Source: Spirochaetia bacterium (GTDB lineage Bacteria > Spirochaetota > Spirochaetia > SZUA-6 > Bin103). Taken from it: 64,000 bases of DNA. A program made the translations under genes and the position numbers. Positions 47,915 to 58,683 of the stretch are shown here, one piece after another. The notes under the pieces are model-generated. The model did not search any database. It was not told where the DNA came from and was given only the letters and a program-made list of their open reading frames with translations. Positions within the stretch are counted from its first letter, which is position 1; every line of letters starts with the position of its first letter. The DNA is taken from assembly GCA_965203905.1 (NCBI GenBank), contig CBDBDQ010000005.1:3136001-3200000 (forward strand), in the 5' to 3' direction.

Positions 47915-48117
47915 AGTCGGGGCGACTGTAGAGGAGTCCTCGCCGGGCAGGCAATGCCCACCCGTCGCGTCGAACGAATGCCCCGGCGCGGCAGAGACAC
48001 CGTGGACGACAGCCACCGGCGGGCCGCGGGGCTCGCGCCGTGGCGACAACCCGGCGCTACGCAGGCTTCCGTCGCAGGCCGTAATCGATTAAGTTCCCGC
48101 CAGGAAAGGAGGCACTG

Positions 48118-49119
48118 GTGGCACTTCGAGTGGGCATCCTCGGCTGCGGGAAAATGTCGCGCAACCACGCCAGGAAGATCCTGGCGCATCCCGACGCCAA
48201 GCTGGCGGCACTGTGCGACGTCGACACGGCGCTCATCGAGAGATGGGTAGCCGAGAATCTGCAGGAGGAACTGGCGGGCGCGCCGCCGCCTCCCGCGTAC
48301 GACGACGCGGCGGCCATGTACGGCGCGGCGGGACTGGACGCGGTGGTGATCTCCACCCCGCACACCGCGCACTTCGCGCACGGCAGGCAGGCGCTGGCGG
48401 CCGGCTGCCACGTGTTCATGGAGAAGCCGATGGTGACCGCCACCGATCAGGCCCGCGAGCTGGAGCGGCTGGTCGCGGAGTCGGGCCGCATCCTGGTGGT
48501 GGGCTACAACACGCCGAGCACGCCGACGTTCCGCTACCTGCGCGAGGTGGTGCGCAGCGGCCGCCTCGGCAAGCTGGAACTGGTGAACGGCTTCCTGTCG
48601 CAGAACTGGCGCAAGACCACCACCGGCACCTGGCGCCAGGACCCGGCGCTGTCCGGCGGCGGCCAGGCCTACGACAGCGGCGCACACCTGCTCAACAGCG
48701 TGGTGTGGACGGTGGAGTCGTCGCCGCGGCAGGTGTTCTCGTTCATGGACTACCTGGGCACGCCGGTGGACATCAACAGCGTCATGGCGGTGCGCTTCGC
48801 CAACGGGGTGCTGGCCAGCATCACGGTGAGCGGCAACTGTGCCGCGGCCGGCGCGGGGCTGACCTATATTTTTACCGGAGGACGCATCGACATCGACGGC
48901 TGGACCGGGTCGTGGATCCGCGTCTTCGATGGCGCCGACGAGATCGAGCCCGAGCTGCCCGGCGGTGCCGGCTCGCCCATCGGCAACTTCGTCGACGCCG
49001 TGCTGGGGCGCGCGGAGCCGGCGACCAGCGCTCGCAACGGCGTGGTGTACAGCGAGTTGATGGACGCCGTGTACGCCTCGCACCACAGCGGCCAGCCGGA
49101 GGCACCGCCCGGCAGTTGA
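48118..49119 (+). CDS. Gfo/Idh/MocA family oxidoreductase
   Basis: GILGCG, MEKPM, WRQDPALSGGGQAYDSGAH. Confidence 0.9.
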   Translation: MALRVGILGCGKMSRNHARKILAHPDAKLAALCDVDTALIERWVAENLQEELAGAPPPPAYDDAAAMYGAAGLDAVVISTPHTAHFAHGRQALAAGCHVFMEKPMVTATDQARELERLVAESGRILVVGYNTPSTPTFRYLREVVRSGRLGKLELVNGFLSQNWRKTTTGTWRQDPALSGGGQAYDSGAHLLNSVVWTVESSPRQVFSFMDYLGTPVDINSVMAVRFANGVLASITVSGNCAAAGAGLTYIFTGGRIDIDGWTGSWIRVFDGADEIEPELPGGAGSPIGNFVDAVLGRAEPATSARNGVVYSELMDAVYASHHSGQPEAPPGS

Positions 49120-49216
49120 TCGTGCGAACAACCACGCCGTACCGCCCGTACTGCCATTTGAAGGTAGACGCTCCCGCGGCGAAAGCACTACCGTACGAAG
49201 CCCCGTTGTAGGTTAC

Positions 49217-50059
49217 GTGATGCCATTTTCCGTAGAAGACATCCGCGACCTGGTACGTGTTCTGGAGGACAAGCCGGAGTGGCGGGCCGAGATCCGGCGC
49301 CTGATACTCGATGGCGAGCTGTCCGCCGTGCACGATCGGATCGCCGAGTCGAGAGCCGCCACCGAGCAGCATCTGCTGAGGGTCGAACGCCAGATAGCAG
49401 ACTCGCACGCTGCTACGGCGCGGCGGATCGACAAGATCGATCAACGTATCAGCGAAAACGATCAGCGAATCAGCGAGAACGATCGGCGTATCAGCCGGAT
49501 CGATCAACGTATCAGCCAGATCGATCAGCGCATCGACGCGATCCACCAGGAGATCGCAGAGCTGCGCGCCGCCAATGAGCGCCACACCCACGCCATCAAG
49601 GGGCTCACCGTCGACGTTGCGGACCTCAAGGGCTACGGTCTGGAGGAGCGCTACCGGCGGATGGCATCCGCCTATTTCGGCAGCTTCATGCGCCGTACTC
49701 GCGTAATGAAGCGTAATGACCACAGCCGACTGGTAGACGATGCGGAATCCGCTGGAGTGTTGTCAGACCAGGAAGCCGCGGAGTTGCTGTGGCTCGATCT
49801 GATAGTGCGCGGGCGGCGCAAGAGCAGCGACGAAGAGGTGCATCTGGCGGTGGAGGTGTCCTGGACCATCGGCGAGAGCGACGTGGAGCGGGCCGCCCGC
49901 CGCGCGGAACTGTTGCAAAGAATCAAGTCCCCGGCGCTGGCGGTGGCGGCCGGAAAGTTCCTGTCCGAGGAAGTAGCCGCCAGAGCGCGCGACGAGAACG
50001 TGTGGGTGTTCGTGGAAGGCACACCATACCCGCCCGACCGGCACGACATCGGTCCATAG
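49217..50059 (+). CDS. Coiled-coil protein with heptad repeats and C-terminal PD-(D/E)XK-like domain
   Basis: DLVRVLEDKPEWRAEIRR N-terminus; xDQRISx heptads; LDLIVRG...LAVEVS...DVERA. Confidence 0.7.
   Translation: MMPFSVEDIRDLVRVLEDKPEWRAEIRRLILDGELSAVHDRIAESRAATEQHLLRVERQIADSHAATARRIDKIDQRISENDQRISENDRRISRIDQRISQIDQRIDAIHQEIAELRAANERHTHAIKGLTVDVADLKGYGLEERYRRMASAYFGSFMRRTRVMKRNDHSRLVDDAESAGVLSDQEAAELLWLDLIVRGRRKSSDEEVHLAVEVSWTIGESDVERAARRAELLQRIKSPALAVAAGKFLSEEVAARARDENVWVFVEGTPYPPDRHDIGP
49436..49540 (+). repeat. Five imperfect 21-bp tandem repeats within the CDS
   Basis: ATCGATCAACGTATCAGCGAA / AACGATCAGCGAATCAGCGAG / AACGATCGGCGTATCAGCCGG / ATCGATCAACGTATCAGCCAG / ATCGATCAGCGCATCGACGCG. 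Confidence 0.9.
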
Positions 50060-50063
50060 GTAG

Positions 50064-50807
50064 TCAGTCCGGGAGGGGTGCGATCTTGCCGTGGAGGAAC
50101 TTGAGCCGCAGTTCAGGGGCAAACTTCTCGATGGCGTAGCGCAGCATGGTGCGCGGCATTGCGCGGTAGGTGCGGCGCAGGAATGCCACCTCGGTGTCGA
50201 GGTCGCGCTTGCCCACCTCGCGCAGCATCCAGCCCACCGCCTTGTGGATCAGGTCGTGCTCGTGGTGCAGCAGGATCTCGGCCAGCGCCAGGGTGTCGGC
50301 GAACTGCTGCGCCTTGATCAGCGGCAGGGTGGCCAGCATGGCGATGCGCTGGCGCCACAGGTGGCCGCTGCGCGCGAACTGGTACAGTAGCGTGCGCTCC
50401 TCGGCAGGTTGCTCCAGGAGCCACGCCCCCAGGATCTTCGGAGCCGACAGGTCCACCAGGTCCCAGTTGTTCACCGCCTGCAGGTTGTCCAGGTAGAGGC
50501 GCACGATGGCGGCGCGCCGGGCGCGGTCAGCCTTGGTGAACTGGATGCTCAGGATCAGCAGCGCGGTGAGGCGCGCTTCGTGGAACGGGCTTGCCAGGAG
50601 CTCGACCACCGCGGACTGCTCCAGGTCGCGGAAGCTGCGCGCCACGCGCCGTTGCGGCGGCACCGTCACGCCGAGGAAGCGGTCGCCCGCGCCGTACTCA
50701 CCCGGGCCGGTGCGGAAGAAACGCGGCAGGAACTCCGCTTTCTCCGGGTTGGCGTAGGCCCGCAGCGCCGCCAGCACCCGCTCGGCACCGGCGCTCCGAT
50801 CAACCAC
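50064..50807 (-). CDS. DNA alkylation repair protein (AlkD-like)
   Basis: FFRTGPGEYGAGDRFLGV, NNWDLVD, DLIHKAVGWMLRE, MPRTMLRYAIE. Confidence 0.9.
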   Translation of the reverse strand: MVDRSAGAERVLAALRAYANPEKAEFLPRFFRTGPGEYGAGDRFLGVTVPPQRRVARSFRDLEQSAVVELLASPFHEARLTALLILSIQFTKADRARRAAIVRLYLDNLQAVNNWDLVDLSAPKILGAWLLEQPAEERTLLYQFARSGHLWRQRIAMLATLPLIKAQQFADTLALAEILLHHEHDLIHKAVGWMLREVGKRDLDTEVAFLRRTYRAMPRTMLRYAIEKFAPELRLKFLHGKIAPLPD

Positions 50808-51342
50808 CCGATTCCTCGGGATCCGCGAGCCGGCGCAGCCACAGCCGGATCAGACTCACCAGCAGCACCGCCACCGCGGCGGCAGCCGCCGCCGCCAGCA
50901 GGAACACCATGGTGTCGTCCGCGTGCTGCAGCCGCGGCGCCAGGTTCACCGCCAGCAGGACCGCCAGGTAGGCGCCGGCGGCGCCAAGCCCGCAACTCCG
51001 TACCAGGTGGCGCCAACGGGTGGCGTACTCGGGGAAGGTAACGGCGCGGCCGAACAACGCGACCCAGTCGTAGCCCAACTCCAGCAGCAGGAACGTGGCG
51101 CTGCCGACGGCCAGCGCGCTCCAGAAGTCAGGACCGCGCCCGGAGGTCAGCAGGGCGGTCCAGTACGCGGGCAGCAGCAGCGCCGCGCCCACGGCCAGCA
51201 ACCGGTAGCGGCGCAGCGCGGCGCCGGCGAAGGCCAGGGCCAGCGCCGCGGTGACCAGCACCGCCAGCCCGCCCGAGGTATCGATACTCAGTATGTACGC
51301 CGCCAGCAGCAGCGGCAGGATCAGCACCAGCGCGCGGATCAC
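50800..51342 (-). CDS. Hypothetical membrane protein of the MoxR-associated cluster
   Basis: Five to six hydrophobic segments; co-oriented with the DUF58 gene. Confidence 0.65.
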   Translation of the reverse strand: MIRALVLILPLLLAAYILSIDTSGGLAVLVTAALALAFAGAALRRYRLLAVGAALLLPAYWTALLTSGRGPDFWSALAVGSATFLLLELGYDWVALFGRAVTFPEYATRWRHLVRSCGLGAAGAYLAVLLAVNLAPRLQHADDTMVFLLAAAAAAAVAVLLVSLIRLWLRRLADPEESGG

Positions 51343-51355
51343 CGGCGGGCCCTCG

Positions 51356-52702
51356 TCAACCCATCCGCGCGCGCAGGCCGGCAACGGAGCGGCGCAGACG
51401 GTCGATGGCGCGCGCCACCAGCTCCGGCGGCGTATCGGCGGCGCACGGCACCACCGGCACCCCGGCGTGCTGCAGGCTGCGCAGGCGCTCGTCCAGCTCC
51501 AGCCGCCACAGGTCCGCCGCGGCCGGTCCCAGCAGCCGACTGCGCGCGTCCCGCCGTTGTATCCGTGTCGCGTGCTCTGCGGCGTCGGCGGCGTCGAGCA
51601 CCACCAGCACCACGTTGAACCCGCGCGCGTGCAGGTCGCCGGCGGCGAAGGCGAAGCGCGCGTCGATCAGCCCGGAGATGGCGATGATGAAGGCGCGCGA
51701 CGGCAGGATGCGGGCCGGGATGGTGCGCAGATTCTGCCCCACGTAGCTCTGCCGTACCGCGACGTCGGTGAGGTTCTCGAACAGCCGGTAGCGCTGGCGC
51801 GGTCCGCTGGCCGGGATCACCCACTTGAGGATCCCGCTGAGCTCGATCAGGCCGACGCGGTTGCGCGCGGCCAGGAAGTGATCGGCAAGGCTGGCGGCGA
51901 TGCGGGTGGCGGTATCCAGCAGCCGGACACCGGGCGGACCGGCGTCCGCGAAGGTATCGAGCAGCAGCACGACGTCGGCGTTGCGCTCGGGGGCGTAGTC
52001 GTTCACGTGCAGCGTACCCATGCGCAGCGACGCGCGCCAGTTGATGCTGCGCAAGCGGTCGCCGGGAACGTGGGGCCGCAGCTCCGCGATCTCCAGCCCC
52101 TCGCCGATGGTGGGGGCTGGGTAGTTGCCCATGTACACCTGGGTCCGCACCGGCCGCACCGGGTGGGCGATGGGGGTGGCCCGCGGGCGTACCGTCAGCT
52201 CGCTGGAGGCCGGCAGCTCCTGCTCCCAGCGTACCAGGGCAGAGGGGTCGTGCCAGCGCTGCCGCAAGCCGCCGAGCGTGACCCGCGCCCGGCGCCGGAA
52301 CTGCACCTGGTAATGGAACCGTTCGGAGTGACCGGCGTACAGCGGGCGCACGATACGGTTGTTGCCGCGGCTCACCACGGCCCACCGCGGCAGCGGGTCG
52401 AGCAGCTCCAGGACACCCACGTCGGCGTCGGGATGTACTTCCAGGTGGACGTCGACCGCCTCATCCTCGTGCACTGCGCCCTGCTCCACGTGGTGGCGCG
52501 TGCGCACACGCGGCGCCCCTTCGGTGAACAGTGCCGCCAGGATGGCGGCGGCGAACGGCGCGACGGTCACCAGCGGCTCGATGCGGCCGGCGATGGCGGC
52601 AACCAGCGCGGCCAGGGCGACGATGATGAAGTAGAGCGTGAGGCGCCGGCTGTAGCGCTTCACCGGCCGGCTGCTCGCGGCAGAGGACTCCGTTGCATTC
52701 AT
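51356..52702 (-). CDS. DUF58 domain protein
   Basis: GEGLEIAELRPHVPGDRLRSINWRAS, VVLLLD. Confidence 0.88.
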   Translation of the reverse strand: MNATESSAASSRPVKRYSRRLTLYFIIVALAALVAAIAGRIEPLVTVAPFAAAILAALFTEGAPRVRTRHHVEQGAVHEDEAVDVHLEVHPDADVGVLELLDPLPRWAVVSRGNNRIVRPLYAGHSERFHYQVQFRRRARVTLGGLRQRWHDPSALVRWEQELPASSELTVRPRATPIAHPVRPVRTQVYMGNYPAPTIGEGLEIAELRPHVPGDRLRSINWRASLRMGTLHVNDYAPERNADVVLLLDTFADAGPPGVRLLDTATRIAASLADHFLAARNRVGLIELSGILKWVIPASGPRQRYRLFENLTDVAVRQSYVGQNLRTIPARILPSRAFIIAISGLIDARFAFAAGDLHARGFNVVLVVLDAADAAEHATRIQRRDARSRLLGPAAADLWRLELDERLRSLQHAGVPVVPCAADTPPELVARAIDRLRRSVAGLRARMG

Positions 52703-53235
52703 GGCAGGCGCGCCAGATCGCGGGCCACGACGGCCAGCGCGTGGGCGGTGGTGCGGCGGCTGCGCAGCAACCAGGGCAGACTCCAGCGCGGGGCGCCGGC
52801 GGCCGCCACCAGGCGCCGCAGCTCGGCGCCCACCCGGTCGGCGTCCGCGCCGCGCTGCTTCTCCTTCAGCATCTCCTCGAGACGCGGGACCAGCACCGAG
52901 GACAGGTAGGAAGGACTGCGCACCGCCGCGTCGAGCTGGTGCAGGAGTTCCTGATAGGAGTCGGGTATCGGTACGCCGCCGGCCGCAGCTCTGGCAGCGG
53001 CTGGCACGGGCTCCTCGCCACGCTGCTCGCGGACGGCGCGGTGGGCGAAGCGGATCGCGATGCCCACGATGGTCAGGGCCACCACCCCGGCGACCGCGGC
53101 GGTGCGCAGTGACGGATCGTCACCCGCGGTGAGGGCCCATACCAGCAGACCGGCGGCGCCGATCAGCAGCAGGATCGCGCTGCGCCGGCCGGGGGGACGC
53201 CGTGGCAGGCTCTCGTGTTCGGGGAGGTCGCTCAT
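52699..53235 (-). CDS. Hypothetical membrane protein
   Basis: Two TM segments; 4-bp overlaps with both neighbours. Confidence 0.65.
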   Translation of the reverse strand: MSDLPEHESLPRRPPGRRSAILLLIGAAGLLVWALTAGDDPSLRTAAVAGVVALTIVGIAIRFAHRAVREQRGEEPVPAAARAAAGGVPIPDSYQELLHQLDAAVRSPSYLSSVLVPRLEEMLKEKQRGADADRVGAELRRLVAAAGAPRWSLPWLLRSRRTTAHALAVVARDLARLP

Positions 53236-54218
53236 GCCAGGCGCAGGCGGTGACGGATGTCGTGCAGGCAGCGCAGAGCCGTGTCGCGGTCGTCGCGGGT
53301 AATGGGATGCTCGCTGAAGCGCGCCACCTCGTAGCGGCCGGCAAGCTCCAGCAGCGCCGGCGCCGGCAACGCCGACAACTCCACTACCAGCGCGCGCACG
53401 TACTCCAGCGGGGTGTGATGGCGTGGCCGCGGATGCTCGTGCCGCGCCAGGGCCAGCTCCAGGTAGGCCCAGCAGCCGATCACCGCACGCCGGAAGTCGG
53501 GGTCGGCTTCCAGCTCTGCGATGGCCAGCTCGGCGGCCTCGGCGAGGTCACGGCGCAACTCTTCCGAGAGGCGTTCTTCCTCCGGCTCACGCTCCGGGGT
53601 GGCGCGCATCAGGCGCACCGCGAAGTAGGCGACGGCGGCGAACCCGACCGCCAGCAGGGTGATGAGAATGAGCCGCGAACGCCGTGCCCGGGTGGCGGCG
53701 GTGAGCGGATCCAGCTCCTCCTCGGGTTGCTCCTCAAGCACTTCCTCTTCTGTTGCCTCGCCGTCCCCTTCCTCCAGTGGCAGTGACTGCGGCTCCTCTT
53801 CGGGAAACACCAGCAGCGAGATCGCCAGCGCCGCCAGGAGGTAGACCAGCAGCAAGCCGCCGACCAGGATCAGGATGATGCGCCAGGGCGGCGCGTTGCC
53901 GGCCCGATAACGGATGCGGTTGCTGCGCAGGGCAACGAGCAGATAGGCGATGGCGACGGCGCCGAGTCCGAAGGTGCCGAGTGCGACCAGCGCCAGCAGC
54001 AGGTTGGTGGCGCCCGGTCCCAGCCGCGGCAGCAGCGGAATGTCCGCCGCCTCGGCGGCCAGCGGGTCGACCCGCGGCAGGCCGGCGATGGCGATCACCA
54101 CCGCCGCGCACACCAACAGCGCACCCGTCGCGAGGGGCAGGATGGAGCGGCTTTCGGCACGCGGCCCCAGATACGGCAGCCGCCGGGCCTGCTGCAACAG
54201 ACGGTCGACGGGGGTCAT
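53232..54218 (-). CDS. DUF4129 domain membrane protein
   Basis: RRAVIGCW, TPLEY, YEVARFSEH C-terminal motif. Confidence 0.8.
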   Translation of the reverse strand: MTPVDRLLQQARRLPYLGPRAESRSILPLATGALLVCAAVVIAIAGLPRVDPLAAEAADIPLLPRLGPGATNLLLALVALGTFGLGAVAIAYLLVALRSNRIRYRAGNAPPWRIILILVGGLLLVYLLAALAISLLVFPEEEPQSLPLEEGDGEATEEEVLEEQPEEELDPLTAATRARRSRLILITLLAVGFAAVAYFAVRLMRATPEREPEEERLSEELRRDLAEAAELAIAELEADPDFRRAVIGCWAYLELALARHEHPRPRHHTPLEYVRALVVELSALPAPALLELAGRYEVARFSEHPITRDDRDTALRCLHDIRHRLRLA

Positions 54219-54445
54219 GCCCACTCTGCCAGGATACCGGATATCAGTGCCATGCTCCTTTTGCGGCGGCATTACAGCACGCGCCCCCGTGGGTGTCAAA
54301 GCCGGAGCGCCCAAGGCGGCGGCGCTGATGTGCCTGATGTGCGCTGCCGGTACGGCGGTTTCGTGGTAGCTTGGATGCAGGACAGTGGGCGGCGCCGGCG
54401 GTGGCCGCACGTCGCGCCGCTGCCGGAGGAGAGCAACTACCGACC

Positions 54446-55423
<978 letters not shown>

Positions 55424-55429
55424 CCGTCA

Positions 55430-56215
55430 TCAGATGCCGGCTGCCGGCTCGGATCCGGCGCCGCGCGCATGCCCGTCCGGGGCGAAGAACTCGTAGTCCT
55501 GCGGCTCCTCGATGGTGAGGGGCGCCAGCGCCGGTCCCTGCAGGGCGTGCCGTACCACGGTGCGGTTGAACAGTCCGACGTGGGGCGAGGTGAGGTATTC
55601 GTCGACCGGCATCCAGCGGCACTCCTCGATCTCCCTGGGATCGCGCTGCAGCGCACTGGTAAGGGGCCGCAACCGGCACACGATGTAGAAGTCGGAGCGT
55701 CCGAAGCGGAACTGGTGGCGGTGGCGGACGCACACCACGCCCTGGAACTCGGCCCGGATGCCCGTTTCCTCCTCCACTTCCCGCTCCACCGCCTGCGCCA
55801 GGTCCTCCTCCGGATCGAGCGAGCCGCCCGGCAGCTTGTAGTAGGGCTTGCTGCGGTCTCTGCGAAAACGCTCGTTCACCACCAGCAGGCGGCGCTCGGC
55901 GTCGATCACCACCCCGCCGCCGCCGACGTTGTGGGTGGCGTAGTGGGGGATGTAGGCGTCGGCCTGCAACGGCAGGGTCATCATCACCATGCCGGGTTCC
56001 GCGTGGTGAAATGAGAAGCCCGCCCCGGCGGCCACCGGCACCAGCGCCGCCGCCGCCTGCGGGATCTGCAACCACACCAGGCGGCGCTCCTCCCCGCGCC
56101 AGGCAGCGAGGGAGGCGGCCAGGCGCTCGCCGAAGCGCGCCGCATCGGCGGGCAGTCGCTGCGGGTCGACGATGACCCCACCGTAGATGTCGGTGGTCCC
56201 GGCCAATGTATCCAC
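55430..56215 (-). CDS. NUDIX hydrolase with pre-NUDIX domain (NUDT6-like)
   Basis: DIYGGV..GFSFHHA pre-Nudix; Nudix box GGSLDPEEDLAQAVEREVEEETG. Confidence 0.88.
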   Translation of the reverse strand: MDTLAGTTDIYGGVIVDPQRLPADAARFGERLAASLAAWRGEERRLVWLQIPQAAAALVPVAAGAGFSFHHAEPGMVMMTLPLQADAYIPHYATHNVGGGGVVIDAERRLLVVNERFRRDRSKPYYKLPGGSLDPEEDLAQAVEREVEEETGIRAEFQGVVCVRHRHQFRFGRSDFYIVCRLRPLTSALQRDPREIEECRWMPVDEYLTSPHVGLFNRTVVRHALQGPALAPLTIEEPQDYEFFAPDGHARGAGSEPAAGI

Positions 56216-56298
56216 GGCCGCAGTATGCCCCGGCCGGCCCCGGTGTTCCATGGCGGCCACGAGTCCTGACCGGTACCATGGACTCGGAGGTGGTAACG

Positions 56299-57552
56299 AT
56301 GTCCGAGGCGGACGTCCTGGTGATCGGCGGCGGCGTGATCGGCATGTGCACCGCGTACTACCTGGCCCGGGACGGGGCGGCGGTTACCGTGCTGGAAGAG
56401 CATCAGGTGGGCGGCCCGATGGCCAGCTCCTACGGCAACATCGGCCTGCTGGTGCCGAGCCACTCCATGCCGGTGGCGGAACCGCGGGTGATCAGCCGCG
56501 GACTGCGCTGGCTGCTCGACCCGGAGAGCCCGCTGTACATCAGGCCGCGCTGGGACGCCGATCTGCTGCGCTGGCTGCTGCTGTTCCGGGCGGCGTGCTC
56601 GGCGCAACGTTGCGCCGCGGCGGAGCCGGTGGTGTACCGCTGGCAGCGCGCCAGCCAGGAGCTCTACGGGGAGCTCGGCGCCCTGCTGCCGCCGGAGGTG
56701 AACTACGAGCGCAAGGGAGGTCTGTTCCTGTACCGCGAGGAGCGCGACTGGGAAGAGGCCGTCACCGCGGTCGGCCGCGAGCGCGAGGCCGGGATCGACG
56801 TGGCGCCGGTGGAACGGGAGCAGCTCCGGGAGCTGGTGCCGGGGCTGCGCGAGGAGGTGGTTGGTGCGGTGCACTACCGCCAGGACGGGCGCCTGATTCC
56901 CGACGCCTTCGTGCGCGCCCTGGCGAATGCCGCCGCGGGCCACGGCGCCACGGTGCACGAGCATGCCATCGTATTCGCCCTGGAGCCCGGCGCCGCCGGC
57001 GTGGGAGCGGTGCACACCAGCCGCGGCATCCTGCGGCCGCGGCTGGTGGTGCTGGCCACCGGTTTCCTGAGCCCGAGCCTGGCCCGCGACCTGGGATTGC
57101 GGGTGCCGGTGCAGCCGGCCAAGGGCTACAGCATCACCGTGCGCCGGCCGGCCACCTGTCCGGAGATCCCGCTCCACTTCCACGAGGAACGGGTGGTGCT
57201 CACCCCGTTCGGCCCCGACCGCATGCGCATCGGCGGCACGCTGGAGCTGGCCGGCAACGATCGCCGCGTGAGCCCGCGCCGGCTAGCCGCGATCCGCCGC
57301 GCCCCGCCGCGCTACCTGGCCGGCATGGAGGAGCTGGAGACCCTGGAGATCTGGCGCGGCATGCGGCCCCTGTCCGCGGACTCGCTGCCGATCCTGGGCC
57401 GCCCGCGCGGCCTCGACAACCTGCTGCTCGCCACCGGCCACGGCATGATCGGCGTCTCGCTGGCGCCGGCCACCGGGAAGGTGGTGGCGGAGCTTGCCCT
57501 GGGCCGGGAACCGTCGCTGGAGATGGACCTGTTCCGCGCCGACCGTTATTGA
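56299..57552 (+). CDS. FAD-dependent D-amino acid dehydrogenase (DadA-like)
   Basis: VIGGGVIG, SYGNIG, PAKGYS, WRGMRP, ATGHGMIG. Confidence 0.88.
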   Translation: MSEADVLVIGGGVIGMCTAYYLARDGAAVTVLEEHQVGGPMASSYGNIGLLVPSHSMPVAEPRVISRGLRWLLDPESPLYIRPRWDADLLRWLLLFRAACSAQRCAAAEPVVYRWQRASQELYGELGALLPPEVNYERKGGLFLYREERDWEEAVTAVGREREAGIDVAPVEREQLRELVPGLREEVVGAVHYRQDGRLIPDAFVRALANAAAGHGATVHEHAIVFALEPGAAGVGAVHTSRGILRPRLVVLATGFLSPSLARDLGLRVPVQPAKGYSITVRRPATCPEIPLHFHEERVVLTPFGPDRMRIGGTLELAGNDRRVSPRRLAAIRRAPPRYLAGMEELETLEIWRGMRPLSADSLPILGRPRGLDNLLLATGHGMIGVSLAPATGKVVAELALGREPSLEMDLFRADRY

Positions 57553-57685
57553 GTGCCGAACCCGACGCTGCCCGCGACGTTACCGCGCGCACGCACGACA
57601 CGTGCCCGCGGCCTTGCGGTAGTTTTGGTCGGTTCGGTCGCTGCGTGTTGGCGCTGATGCGGCGGATCTGACAGACTGCGCGACC

Positions 57686-58054
57686 ATGGAACTGCTATCT
57701 GCCGCCGGCCGCGCCGTCGAGGACGCGGAAGTCGAGCACTTTACCGGCGCTGCCACGCTGCAGCGCTTTCTGTCCGCCGACTCCGCCGCCCGCGGCCGCG
57801 TGTACCGCGTCGCGTTCGAAGCCGGTGCGGCCACCAACTGGCACACCCACAGCGACGTGCAGATCGTGTTCGTCGTCGCCGGCCGCTGCGCGGCGCAGGT
57901 GTGGGGTGAGGCGCCGGTGGTCGCCGAGGCCGGAGACGTGGTTCGCTTCGAGGGCGGAGAGAAGCACTGGCACGGCGCCACCGCGGACGGCCCCATGACC
58001 CACTTGGCGATCAACCTCGGCGAGGCCACCGAGTGGCTGGAGCCGGTTGCCTGA
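57686..58054 (+). CDS. Cupin domain protein
   Basis: WHTH..Q, GDVVRF..GEKHWHGA, MTHLAI. Confidence 0.88.
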   Translation: MELLSAAGRAVEDAEVEHFTGAATLQRFLSADSAARGRVYRVAFEAGAATNWHTHSDVQIVFVVAGRCAAQVWGEAPVVAEAGDVVRFEGGEKHWHGATADGPMTHLAINLGEATEWLEPVA

Positions 58055-58102
58055 TAATTGTTAGTGCAGGAATAGATTGTAACGCGCAGCGCTCGGGGTT
58101 TA

Positions 58103-58132
58103 TTGACCCAACCAGAGCACCCTCACTACAGT
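58103..58132 (+). promoter_or_regulatory. sigma70-type promoter of the low-GC islet
   Basis: TTGACC-18-TACAGT. Confidence 0.55.
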
Positions 58133-58172
58133 TAATCGGTGCGCATCGAGTTATGCGCCTGAGGACGTTCGG

Positions 58173-58487
58173 ATGCATGACCAGTTAATTGTTGACGAGG
58201 AGATTGCTACCCAATTTGCCGCGCTTGCCGAGAGTTGGCGGGCCGGACGTGGTATCTTGTCCTCTGCCCAGCAGATGGCTGTTCACCCCGACTACCTACG
58301 CATTATCGATATCGGCGAGCGCGTAGTACCTCTAATCCTCAAGGATCTTCGCACTAATCCTGATCATTGGTTTGTCGCTCTTCATGCAATCACGGGTGCG
58401 AATCCAGTCCCGAACGAATCACGTGGAAGACTGAAAGAGATGGCAGATGCCTGGGTGAGTTGGGGAAAGGAGTACGGGTACATTTAA
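58173..58487 (+). CDS. Small helical hypothetical protein (putative antitoxin/immunity)
   Basis: HPDYLRIIDIGERVVPLIL..L...PDHWFVAL.AITGANP...MADAWVSWG; lower GC; GAGG RBS. Confidence 0.8.
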   Translation: MHDQLIVDEEIATQFAALAESWRAGRGILSSAQQMAVHPDYLRIIDIGERVVPLILKDLRTNPDHWFVALHAITGANPVPNESRGRLKEMADAWVSWGKEYGYI

Positions 58488-58509
58488 CAACTTGGCATCT
58501 GTATTGTCA

Positions 58510-58630
58510 GTGATTGAGAGCGTGGACCAGCAAGCTTGGGCCTTGCGAAGATATTGAACACGAACGCCCAGACGATCTCGAAGGCAAGGATTATGGGTCA
58601 GTGTACTGTTTCATGAAACGCCCTCAGTGA
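58510..58630 (+). pseudogene. Internally deleted partner gene (only the C-terminus remains)
   Basis: GTG-IES joined out of frame to WTSKLGPCEDIEHERPDDLEGKDYGSVYCFMKRPQ* (58523-58630); absent from the ORF track. Confidence 0.65.
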
Positions 58631-58683
58631 TCTTGTGACTACGAACAGAACAGAGTGAGTCCCTCTACAAGTGTGATCATTTT

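Noticed and set aside
49436-49540. Possible CRISPR-like array
   Set aside because: The repeats abut with no unique spacers and encode in-frame heptads; no cas genes
58148-58500. Integron-cassette-like signals (GTTATGC before the ORF, ATTTAAC at the stop)
   Set aside because: No attC palindrome or closing GTTRRRY follows, a partner-gene relic follows instead, and no integrase is present
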